From Podarcis bocagei (Eukaryota): a DNA stretch of 64,000 nucleotides. The stretch is from the NCBI GenBank assembly GCA_964188305.1, contig OZ076889.1. One strand, 5' to 3'. Of the stretch, positions 1-11,199 are shown one piece after another (position 1 is the stretch's first letter; each line of letters opens with the position of its first letter). The position numbers were made by a program, and so were the translations under genes. Under the pieces are notes generated by a model, which worked only from the letters and a program-made list of their open reading frames with translations, had not been told where the DNA came from and did not search any database.

Positions 1-1989
1 GTAGCACAGAATCACCTGGGCAGGGCACTTCCCACGTAGTTAGCGGCAAGAGTTGACCTGAATGTCAAAACTGCAGCCGTTGGCACCTGCTCTCTGCTAC
101 AAGCATATTCAAGAATTGTGGGCTGTTAGGAGGAGGCCATCAAAGAGAGAACTGCCTATTGCGCTTTCCCTCGGGCTTGGTTGGCTAAAAACCTCAGCTG
201 CTCCTGCACATATGGCTCGCCTTTTGTCATAATTTGTGTTCTTTGTGCTTTCCGAGATGAGAGATTTATTTACATCAGTCAAATCTCTCGAGTTCTGGGA
301 GGCATTTTTTGTTTGCTTCCTCGGCTCGGCGATGCATCTGGAATCAGGTTCCTGCAAAGTTAGCTGGCCTTTGTTTAGTGCCGTATTAATATCACTTTTG
401 ACATTTGCAATGAGGCAGCACCGTCTACTCCCAATCACTTGAAATTACTATGATCATTACAAGGACAGACATTCACAAGTGCTCAGCTCTCCTCTGGCAC
501 TTAAGTGCCCCACAAGGTCACTGGCGGCTTCAGAAACCCTTCCTGTTGCACAGGGTCTCTCTGTCAATGCTGCCACGTTCCCTTTGGTCTGGCTGGAAGG
601 GATGCAGGTCGGCTCCATCAGCAGAGATTGCATGGGATTATTTCAGTCTGACCTGCTGCCTTGCCACCTACAGTAAGTGTGAATGCACCCTATAACTCTG
701 CCTGGAAACAATAAGCAGGTTGCAAGTGTGGAGAATGTAGCACGCTGTCAGAGAGACATGCTGCTTACTCAGCAAGCTGCTGAATGCCCCACCAGCTTGA
801 ACTTCTTCAGGGCCTAAAGTAGTAACCCCTGTACAAGCACATTACATTAACCTAATCTCATTTAGAAAAGGCCACTCCACGGGGCACAGGCTGACTCTAG
901 AGTGGTCATCTGACCCACTTTTGAGGGGGAGTAGGCTTGCTGCATTTCTGAAATGTACGTCTGCTGTCTGAACCTGTTGTCTCTCACCTTACATTAAGAG
1001 TTTAAGCTTAATGGAACAAAGCAACCTTTTTATTTTTATTGTCTTCTTTGGGTGTGATTTGGCTGTGATTTGACACGTAGAGAAAAAAACTCTGCCCCCC
1101 CCAAAAAAACCCCAGATTTTGGAATGCAACTGTATAGAGTCCCAGGGTTTTAGATTAAAAGCAGGAGTGTGACATGAGTATGTAAGGAAAGCCCAAAGTG
1201 TTGACTCCACAAGGACAATTGCTTAAACCCCCTTAAAATGGCTTCTTCCCAGGACTGCGCTCCAGGATTTTGGAATTCCTTGGGCAATAGACCAATCCTT
1301 GGGCAAGATGTCAATCATTAATTTCCCTTAAGGGAAGCTCAGAGTGATCTGGGTGGGTTCCTCCATCGTTGTCCTCCCCCAGAGGACTCTGGGAAAATCG
1401 AGCCCTTCAATTTGCTCTGGGTGTCTGATGAAGCCAGAAGCAGGACCCAGCACTTGCCTGACCCTGTTGAACTCTAGTGCTGCCCATGTCTCATTCCATC
1501 AGCCTATATGCGTGCATGCATGTGTACATAATTTGCCCTGCCTTCCTTCCTCCTCACAGACACTGTTTTCTATCCAGTGAAGATCTCCTTTGTTCCTTGC
1601 TGCTGCTGCACCTTATCTCATCCCACTCTTCCCCTTAGAAGAGTACAGAGCAAGTTGCATACAGGTAAGAGGACTTCGCCACCAAATAACATCTATATAA
1701 GAAAATATTGCCCTTATACATTTCTGAATAGAACATAAATACCTGTTCCACTTCAGGCGACTGACTAACATTTGCTGCTTTAGCTATCACCTGAAGGCCA
1801 GCTAACATTTGACATGATGTAGCCAGTATACACCAGTGTTTACAGCACTGGAGTACCATATTGCTTAAGTTACAAACTCATTGGATAGCCGTAGGCAAGC
1901 CACTAATTCTGTCAGACTCCATATGGGGATAATGATAATGATGGTGGCCTGACATATAGCCTTTGTTAGAATTACTGCAGTAATGTATA

Positions 1990-2610
1990 GCAGAGTTGGG
2001 GACCCTCAGGCCTGCAGACCAAGTGCAGCCCTCCTTCCAGGCCTCTCCACCTGTCCCTTGGGATTCTCCACAGACCACACAACCTCCCAAGCCACACTCC
2101 TTACCAGATCTGCTTGGACTGTTTTTGCCTGGCTGGAATATGTCCTTGAACTCTGATAATGTTTCTTGCTTGCCTAGGCAGAGGATAGGGTAGGGTGTGG
2201 TTGTGAAGGAACTACAGTCATACCTCGGGTTACGAATGCTGCAAGTTGTGCATTTTCAGGTTGCGGACCGCACTGGACCAGGAAGTACCAGAATAGGTTA
2301 CTTCCAGGTTTCGGTGCTTGCGCATGCGCAGAAGCGCAAAATGGTGTCATGCGCATGTGCAGAAATGCCAAATTGCATCACGCGCGTGCACAGACATGGC
2401 GCTTCAGTCTGCAAATGCTGCGGGTTGTGAATGTGCCTCCCGCACGGATCACATTGACAACCCAAGGTATGACTGTACTGAAAAAAAAGGTAAAATTTAT
2501 ATCCCTTGCTCCACCCACTTCTGCCTCTGGCCTCCCCCACCACTGGCCTGTGGCTCCTGAGCAGCTTCACAGAATAGAATGTTGGCCTCAAACTTCAACA
2601 TTATCCCCCC
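1990..2610 (+). mobile_element. Degenerate hAT-like non-autonomous element, interrupted by a MITE
   Basis: Collinear with 57294-57640 (shared TTTTTGCCTGGCTGGAA..TGTCCTTGAA.TCT.ATAATG.TTCTTGCTTGCCT and GGTAA.ATTTA.A). Confidence 0.5.
2215..2475. mobile_element. Tc1/mariner (Tigger/pogo-like) MITE, family A
   Basis: TA|CAGTCATACCTCGGGTT ... AACCCAAGGTATGACTG|TA: 17-bp TIR with 1 mismatch, TA TSD. Confidence 0.85.
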
Positions 2611-3573
2611 CCCCCCCATATATAGGAAGGAAAGTTCTTAGCACATTCCAAATGTGCTATATAAATAGGTGGTGGTGATGATGATAAAATAATATTATCA
2701 TCAGGAGGGAGACTCCTTGAAGAACTAAATTCAATAAAATTGTGATGGGGAAATTCAAGTCTCCAAGCAGTCGGTAGTATCAGTTATAGGCGTGCACCAA
2801 GTAGCCACAGTAGCATATTGGTATTCGAGGGAGTGCCTTAAAAATCACTTTGCTTATCACTGCCAAACCTTTGATAATGATATCAGCACTGTCCTATCTG
2901 ATTCACATTGCCTTTCTTCACAAGGGAGACATCTCCTTTAGTGCCTCATAGCTAGTCATGCTGAGGAATTTTCCACACTTGGCCTAGTTTTAGAAATATA
3001 GTGGTATTCATGGTGGATGGGAAAACAATATTGCACTTAAGGCAGAGGGCATCTGTTCAGAGGTGATACCAAAAGGTCATGAAGGTTGAAATGGGAATGT
3101 AACTTGATGTAGGGTAGCGTGACTGGTTCCACCACACTGGGCACCAAGCCAGGGGTGCTGCAGGGCATTGCCAACTAAAACATAGTGAACTGAGCAGAAC
3201 AGAAGGAAAGAGGAGGGAAGACACCGAATTTTGGGCTCACACAGGATGCCACTGAAATTTGAAAGACCAAAGTCCACCCCTGAACCTTCGCACACTCTGA
3301 AAACTTGTGCATGGGTTGCAAAGCTTCACAAATGTGTACACAAACTGCATAAGAAAGCCTAAAAGGTGCTTTGACTGTCACTTGTGAAAATGTCCTGAAT
3401 GGTGACTGTCTTGGCCTCGGGAAGCAGCAGATTCATAGACTTGAAAGGCCTACCATCGGCACTAGTGAGCATACAGACTGTCAGAATGTCTGCACAGCCT
3501 AACTCTCCTGTGAGTGGTGAGTCTTGGATGTCCAATGGAGAGGAGGAGGAAGACCTTTCCCAGTTTCGTGGTA

Positions 3574-3821
3574 CAGTCATACCTCGAGTTACAGACACTT
3601 CAGGTTGTGTTTTTTCGGGTTATGGACCGCCAAAACCCAGAAGTTACTTCCAGGTTTCGGCAGTCGCACATGCACAGAAGCGCTAAATCACACTTTGCGC
3701 ATGTGCAGAAGCGCTGAATCGCAACCCGTGTGTGCGCAGACACACAGCTGCAGGTTGCAAACACTGCGGGTTGCAAACGTTCATCCTGCACGGATCACGT
3801 TTGCAACCCAAGCATCCACTG
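3574..3821. mobile_element. Tc1/mariner MITE, family A, second copy
   Basis: TA|CAGTCATACCTCGAGTT ... AACCCAAGCATCCACTG|TA; shares internal GTTACTTCCAGGTTTCGG, GCGCATGTGCAGAA and CACGGATCAC with 2215-2475. Confidence 0.8.
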
Positions 3822-6800
3822 TATTGCAATGTCTCTGCACTACCACACTGAACAACTTCCAGAGGGGTAACTGTTAGTCTGTTGTAGCAAAAAGGTAAGA
3901 AATGGTGACAGTCTCAAGGTCACCAGTGGGCTTCATGGCTGAGTAGAGATTAGAACCTGGTCTCTCCCAGACACAGTACAACATTATTGCCTCTATACTA
4001 TGCTGGGTACGCATACAGCTATAGAGGAAAATGTAAAACAGTGAAACCAAGTGTATTTGCTGTATTTGCATTTCATAGCCATTTGACACCACTGGTAAGT
4101 GTGTACATGTGTGGATAAAACTCAATCCTAGTCCATGAAATCTTATGCCATAATAAATCTGATGATGTTTAAGGTGTCACTAGAGTGCTTAAACCGAACA
4201 GTCATACCTTTGTACGCCATACCTGATAGCACCACTTAAGAACCTTGAGAAATGCCTTGTTGGAGCAGACCCAAAATTCATCCAGACTTATCCTCCATTG
4301 ATAGACTTATCCTCCATTAATTTGTCTAATCTCTCTAAAAAGCCAACTAAACTAATGACTAGGACCGTGTTGTGGTAATGAATTCTGTAAGTTAATTATG
4401 TGTTGAGAGGGAAGAGATACTTCCTTTTGTTTGTGGTTAACCTATTGGAAATCAGTTTTGGTGGATGACCCTGTAGAAAAGTGATACACAAACTGGGAGA
4501 AAATTTGGCTAGGATTTTTTTAAAAGAAAAGAAAAGAAAATACAGTTGTGCTGCACAATGTCCTCACTGAAATGCAATTGGAAGGGAAGTCTTCTAATAA
4601 TGAAGTGCCTCTTTTTTGTCAAAATTGTCTTTAACTTTTTCAAGGATAAGAGATTTTTTTGGCTGATTTTCTACCTAGTTTAAGGTGAGTCACTTAAAAG
4701 GTTTTATTTTGGAGGGGGGCAGAATGCAGCCTTTCCTCAAAATAAAAATGTCAAGAAATCATGTTTCATAGGAAATAAAGGAGGCAACCCTACTCTCACA
4801 TACAAGTGAGGGCTATCGAACTGAATGGGGCTTATTTCTGATGTATAGGATAGCAACTCAGCAAGGAGTATAGCTCACCAGATCATAAGTGGTTTTAGAA
4901 CCATTAACTTGTAATCACCTGCTCAAATGCAGCTTATGTTGGTAGCAACTAAAAGTTTTTACTGTGGACTGATAATTTAGTGGTTGTGTGTGATAGCTTG
5001 AGGACATCGTTTTAAATCTTTATTGAAGCAAGTCCTGTCTTGACTGCATCTCATAACTGATTCATGCATCCCATGTTGGAGTTATTTTTTTCAACCAGGT
5101 TGGTTTTCTAAAAAGAAACATTTGAAAGTGCTGGTTGTAAGAGTGACAGATGAGTAGGTTCACCACATAGCCAAATCATTGTCATGCCTTGGGGAAATAG
5201 GGCAAGAGCCACAGAGATGTCGGGCTAAGCATACAAAGCACTTATTTGAGAGGTTGCATATGCTCCTGCTGGGTGTGTACATCTGCATGCGGCAGAGGCT
5301 TACTCCTTGATCCCATAGCTCAGCAATGGGGAACCTCCATCCCACTGGCCTAATTAGGCCCACCAGACTAATTGGCCCATAAGATCGTTTTGGCCAAGGC
5401 ATGTCCACCTGCCCCACATTTACATTAGATGTGAGGCACTGATGTTTCCTGGGCTGAAAAGAGATTTCTAGGCACTGTCGATCAGTAGCATGCAAAAATC
5501 CATGCACAGTGCTTTGCAACTAAGTAGCCCACACTACTGGTTTTCTGTTGTTGGCATGGGTAGCTTGCGAGAAAATGGTGCCTGTCTTCTCCAGGAACAA
5601 CTTCCATTCTTCAGACTGCACACTGCAGTGCTCTGCCAGGAATACTTGCAATTGCTTCATATGGGGGCGGGAGACAAATGCAGTGTGGCCCACAGCAATG
5701 TCCCTTGCCAAAAATGATGAATTAAGCAATGGTGGCTCATCTCCTATGCTTATGCTACCACAGTCAAGCAGTAGGAGACTGTAGAGTGCCGTAGATGTTT
5801 TCTGTGGAAAAAGAGTGCCGTGGTGGACGGCAATCAGCTCCAGCCAACATAAAGCTCTTTATGGTTTTGGACAGGGCCTGTCTGAACAGCAGACTGAGGC
5901 AGCTGACTCAGGCAGCAGAATCCAAGGGGCGCCACCATGGGTGTCCCTGCCACCACCAGAGAAGCGGCTACAGCAATGGTTTCCAGGTTCCAGTGATACT
6001 GTGAGAGCCCCATGAAATCTCATGAGATCTTTGGGGAGTCCAGAAGTCGCTGCCACAGCCTCATGACCCTTGTAAATGAGGCTTTGGTGGTGGCAGCACA
6101 TCTCCATTTTGCATCAGGAGCCAAAATGGAATGGCCTACCCCTGGTTTGGGACCAAAGTATCCTTTCTCCCATGCAAATGTCATCTTTCTGACACTGCTC
6201 TAGGTGCCACTGCCCTCAGAGGTGAGACAGGTGGTAACCCGAAAAAGGGTCTCTCTCTTTTTGCTGTGGCACTGTGTACAGAACTCACTCCCCAAGGAGA
6301 TTTGCTTGGCATCTTCCTTGTTGCCTTTAAGACACCAGATAAAAACAACCTTGCTCTCCCAGACCTTTTAGGTGTTCTTTGAAATTTTTTTTTTAAGGCT
6401 GCAATACCATGCACACCTACTTGTGAAGGAGTAAAGTCTCATTGAACTTGGTGGGCAGAGAATTGTACTGTTAAAACACTTTCTGCTTTCTCTCAACTTT
6501 GTTGTCTTAAGTCTTTTTTACAGTGTATTTCTTAGTTAGAACCCTCTAGGTGGGATTCATCCAACAGTTCCCATCAGCAAAAGCCCTGTGCTAGGACTTC
6601 CACCTGCCCTGGCATCATCTGATGAAGGATGGTTTTAAAAAGCACAAACCTTTACACTGTACTATTTTGCCACTGAGAAAATGCAATGTTTTCCCCAGCT
6701 TAAATATCAGGTGGTACTGTTTGGAATATCAGCACCTACTGGACAGTACCTGTAACATCTTCTCGAGCATGTTCAGCTTTATGAAAGCATTAAAAAGATT

Positions 6801-6827
6801 TGGTTTTTAAATTATTTAAAGGGTGAG

Positions 6828-6833
<6 letters not shown>

Positions 6834-6877
<44 letters not shown>
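6834..6877. repeat. (AC)n microsatellite
   Basis: Pure AC run of about 22 units. Confidence 0.95.
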
Positions 6878-6880
<3 letters not shown>

Positions 6881-7274
6881 TTAAGCATGTGGGGAGAGTT
6901 TGTGCTCTTGTAGCCCATTTTAAATAAAAGCAGTGCTCCCCTGTCTTCTGACATGGAAAGAACAGTAGAACTATTCTGAGTAAAAAAAAAGTTTGTCAAC
7001 CAATACTAATGTCAGCTGCTCTACGAATGTGTAGCATAGACTTGGGTGCAAGCAGCATTGGAGCAAGGAGACATTATTCTCTTGTTCTGGCATGGAGGCT
7101 GCTGTGACAGACCCTGTGCTGCAGCCTTTTTATAACTATAATAAATAACAGGACTGTTGGGATTCATACTGAATGTTTGCTGGACTTGCTCTAGTCTTTA
7201 AATCTCCCTCTAATTGAGCCCAAAGCTTCTGGCTAAGCAGATAATTTGTGATGACTCAATGCCAGGAATTTTGA

Positions 7275-7482
7275 GAGAGCCAGTGTGATGTAGTGGATAG
7301 AATGGTATGTTTGAACCAGAAGTACCCAAGTTTACTTCCCTGGTCACTTATAAAGCTGAGTCAATCCACCATCTCAGTCTATTCTACCTCACAAGGTTGT
7401 TGTGAGGATCAGCAGAATAACCCCCAGGGATGCTTCTCCGAGCTGCTTGGCAGAAGGCTGAGATAAAAATTATGATGATGAT
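7275..7482 (+). mobile_element. Degenerate tRNA/CORE-type SINE (Squam3/MIR-like)
   Basis: Head GAGAGCCAGTGTGATGTAGTGG and core TACCTCACAAGGTTGTTGTGAGGAT, homologous to 28255-28520; (ATG)n tail. Confidence 0.6.
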
Positions 7483-7724
7483 TAACAAAGCATACTTCAC
7501 CATTCATTATTTTATTTCTAATTCAATTTCTAAACTGCCCTTCATCAATTATGATCCCAGAGCAATTTACAGCACAGGCATCAATTCATTAAAACAATGA
7601 ATTCTTAACTAACAATTTTTAAACAGCTTAAAACAAACCATATGAGCAGTACAGAGGACAATCCTCATCAATTTACTGCTGGACTTGTAAAAGAAATTTT
7701 CAACAAAGGCCTGGGTTGGGAGTG

Positions 7725-8140
7725 GGAAGGGAGGAGAAATTTGATTCAGTATGCACTTACAGTTGAATCTATCAAATTCACATTTTCCAAAACAGTAAGT
7801 GAACTGAAACACAAGTGTTCTTGAAAATTCGCAGTTATCCAGATTTTGTGATGCAGTCCTCGTACCAAGGGATGCGTACAAAAATTCATACTACATATTA
7901 GGGGAAAGACTGTATTAACAATGAAGATATTGGTGAAAATAACATACAAAAATGCATATGTGGAAACTGCATGAAAAATGTGTTTATTAGGGGGAAATTT
8001 ACACTAAAACACTGATAGATTGTCTGGAGGATTTGCTGTTTAAAAAATTGCAAATTGCTGCAAAATGTGGATAACTGAATTTAAGACCAGGGAAAATGAG
8101 AAACCGTGAGAACTGAAATTGACAGAATATTCCATCCCTA
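7725..8140 (+). repeat. Unclassified AT-rich interspersed repeat; related copy at ~21370-21750
   Basis: Internal repeats of CAAAAAT(G/T)CATA/ATTAGGGGAAA; shared ATTTTG(T/A)GATGCAG and AAAATGCATAT with the 21.4-21.7 kb block. Confidence 0.45.
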
Positions 8141-8703
8141 ACATGGAGCTCCATCTTTAACTGGCACCAAAAATGTCAAGGGAAGCCTTACATTACAGCA
8201 ATCAGATGAGGGAGTTAGCAGAGCATGGATTACAGAGTCTTGGTAGTCCAGGTCCCAAAACAACCATAGCTGGCAAACTGGTCATTGCTGGAAATAGCTA
8301 CGTGGGTCTGCAGTAACATGCTGGATCCATGAGCCCCATCCACTGCATGCTATCTATCCAATTCCTCAACACAAGAACCACCAACCCACAACCCCTTGTT
8401 GAGTTTCAACTTTAGTTTATCATCCAGCCCCATGAACATAGCCATTATTGTATCAGAACTCAGTGTCAGCTTTAAGATTTGACACAAAAGCCATAATGAT
8501 GAAGGCGCTCGTCTTCAGTCCAAATCCTGGGACATACATATATATGGAAGTATGTCAGACAAAGGCTGGCGACAAGGAAATAGAACCCCCTTCATAGCTT
8601 GGCTTAGACAAGAAGAACACAGTAGGCAGGATCTGAACACCAAGGATATGATTCAGCCCCTTTGGGCAAACATTGTTCAGACAGCATGACATCTGGTACT
8701 GAA

Positions 8704-8746
8704 TTCTTCTTCTTCTTCATTATTATTATTATTATTATTATTATTA
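8704..8746. repeat. Compound (TTC)n(ATT)n microsatellite
   Basis: Directly visible. Confidence 0.9.
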
Positions 8747-9179
8747 ATATACTGCCCTATACCTGGAGGTCTCAGAGCGGTTCACAGAATGCATGAATGC
8801 ATAGAAGAGGAAGCAGCATCTTAATTTCTGGCTCCTCCTCTCAGCCTTCAGATCTTATGCACAAAATCTACACAAGTGCAAGTGGTACACACAAAGCATC
8901 TCTGCATACTGTGTGCATGTGTCATTTGATTACACTGTGTACAAAAGGACCACTGAATACATGGAGGTCCCTTCAGTAGAAGAGCCAGGCAGCAGATGGT
9001 GGGAAGTGGGGGGCAGCAGTATTGTCTTAAGAGAGGATGGAGCTTTGTATGCCACGCAACTTGACCTGCACCCCCTAAGCTAGCCTACTGTCCTCAGGTG
9101 CACTGTCCTATCACCAGAAGCGAGGTAAGACACAGCTGCCAGCCTGTTGGCTTCTGTACATGGAAGGAGTGGGGAGCTA

Positions 9180-9408
9180 CAGTGGTACCTCTGGTTACGT
9201 ACTTAACTCGTTCCGGAGGTCCGTTCTTAACCTGAAACTGTTCTTAACCTGAAGCACCACTTTAGCTAATGGGGCCTCCTCCTGCTGCTGCTGTGCTGCC
9301 ACTGCGCGATTTCTGTTCTCATCCTGAAGCAAAGTTCTTAACCCGAGGTACTATTTCTGGGTTAGCGGAGTCTGTAACCTGAAGCGTATGTAACCCGAGA
9401 TACCACTG
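9180..9408 (+). mobile_element. Tc1/mariner MITE, family B
   Basis: TA|CAGTGGTACCTCTGGTTAC ... GTAACCCGAGATACCACTG|TA; internal TAACCTGAA repeats. Confidence 0.85.
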
Positions 9409-9708
9409 TATACCCAATATGGAATCAGCTTCCACAATTATGGTGCAGGAAAACTGTAGTGTGAAAACTCACTTACCACTTCAGATCGCATTATGTTTTG
9501 CTGTATGGTTCCCCCTCCCCACAGCAATATGTGTAATTTGGATGTGCTTTTCATTGGGGAAATGGTGCAAGACTGGGGGCTGGCCTCTTGCACACTCTTT
9601 CACATGCACAGTCCTACACAGATTCAAGCCATTCCTGCAGCTGTTCTGTTCCAGTCGATTGTTCACTCAGTGAAGGAAAAGGTACAGCACAAATTTCCTA
9701 GGCAGGTA

Positions 9709-9938
9709 CAGTGGTACCTTGGGTTACAGATGCTTCAGGTTACAGACGCTTCAGGTTACAGACTCCGCTAACTCAAAAATAATACCTTGGGTTAAGAACT
9801 TTGCTTCAGGTGAGAACAGAAATTGCGCAGTGGCAGCAGGAGGCCCCATTAGCTAAAGTGGTACCTCAGGTTAAGAACAGTTTCAGGTTAAAAATGGACC
9901 TCCAGAACGAATTAAGTTCTTAACCCAAGGTACCACTG
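9709..9938 (-). mobile_element. Tc1/mariner MITE, family B, inverted copy
   Basis: TA|CAGTGGTACCTTGGGTTA ... TAACCCAAGGTACCACTG|TA; internal GAGGCCCCATTAGCTAAAGTGGT is the reverse complement of ACCACTTTAGCTAATGGGGCCTC in 9180-9408. Confidence 0.85.
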
Positions 9939-10155
9939 TAGTTCCAGTGATGATTTGCCTTGTGTATGTTACATTTGTTCCCACTTCCAACCAAAAAGAT
10001 CACTGGAGAGTCATCTGCAATCAAAAAGTCTTTTGGGGTGTAGCAGCAGATTCCTCCCTGCCCACTCCCAATTCCCGTGTTCAGAGATGGTTAGTGAATA
10101 TATTTAGATCCTGCCTTTCTTTTGAACGAATAAGAATCCCCCCTCCCTAGATAAT

Positions 10156-10173
10156 TACTTACTTACTTACTTA

Positions 10174-10205
<32 letters not shown>
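10156..10205. repeat. Compound (TTAC)n(TTGC)n microsatellite
   Basis: Directly visible; at the tail of the minus-strand L2 remnant. Confidence 0.9.
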
Positions 10206-10525
10206 GATTATTTATAACCTGCCTGCTGCACAAGCCACTGGGCCCTTTAAGGCACAGTCAACTAAGATAAGAACAATACATAAAACTCCATAAAATAACA
10301 CATCCCTTAAAATATTCCATACAGCAACTCAACAATAATTCGCTACATTGCAATTTATTAATAGCAGCAGTAACAACTAATTGATTTGTCTCTCCTCCTC
10401 CAAACGTCCTCTGAAAAAGGTGGGTCTTAACCACCCTAAAGCTATCAACTTTACAGTTAAGAAATGGGGCCTCAGGAGGGTGGGACTTCTTGGTGGGAAA
10501 GGGGCCACCACTGAAAAGGCTTGCA
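10205..10525 (-). mobile_element. Degenerate L2 LINE 3' end
   Basis: Minus-strand translation ...SFRVVKTHLFQRTF resembles the ORF2 C-terminus ...SFRRACKTELFHQAF of the 44.2-kb L2 copy; abuts a tetranucleotide repeat tail. Confidence 0.5.
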
Positions 10526-11199
10526 GCATTTGTCATAGTACTAGACTAATCACATACATTTCCTGTATAGAAAGATGGATATCTAGCAATATTTTGAATG
10601 AAACGGACAAACGTCTGTAGTTAAAATGTGTTAGCTTTCTTCTGCGGCACTCCTGTGCCCACTTTATTAGGGAGGAAGGCTTACGTCTGAGTAAGCATGC
10701 ATTGCCTTGCCCTGTTCATTTCTCTGCTTCCCCTGCCTAGAAATCTGGTGGGAAAATACTATTTCCCCGTGTTATATTGCACCTACCCGCCGCACCTTTG
10801 CACTCCCAGGTGTGTTTGTGTTTCCTGATTTCCGCACAGGAATTTCCTGAATTGATACACATCGAATATGACACGCCGTCGTAACTTAGCTTGACACTCG
10901 CCTATATGGAAACCCTGAACCCTACATTCCATAATCGCAAAACACTCTCCCGAGAGACTTTCAGCATAATGTGCAACAGACCGGAAGAAAGAGCTAGGGC
11001 CACCCTTTTTTCCTTTTTATTTGAAGGCTGCGATCCTGCGGTCACTTACTTAGGAGCCTGCCTCCCGGGGGCACTTGCTGCAAACGTTTTGGTGGTATGG
11101 GTGGAGGGACAAGGAGAAGAGTGAAGGAGAGAGGGAGGTCCCCCTCCCCTCCCTCCATCCCCAGGATGATGTCCCACCTGTGGCAACGCACCTGTGCGC

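Noticed and set aside
4283-4318. Tandem duplication AGACTTATCCTCCATT x2
   Set aside because: Small local duplication inside a decayed LINE remnant; no sign of function.
9180-9938. Short recurring TAACCTGAA / TTCAGGTTA units resembling a CRISPR-like array
   Set aside because: Internal repeats of MITEs with no regular repeat-spacer period; eukaryotic context and no cas genes.
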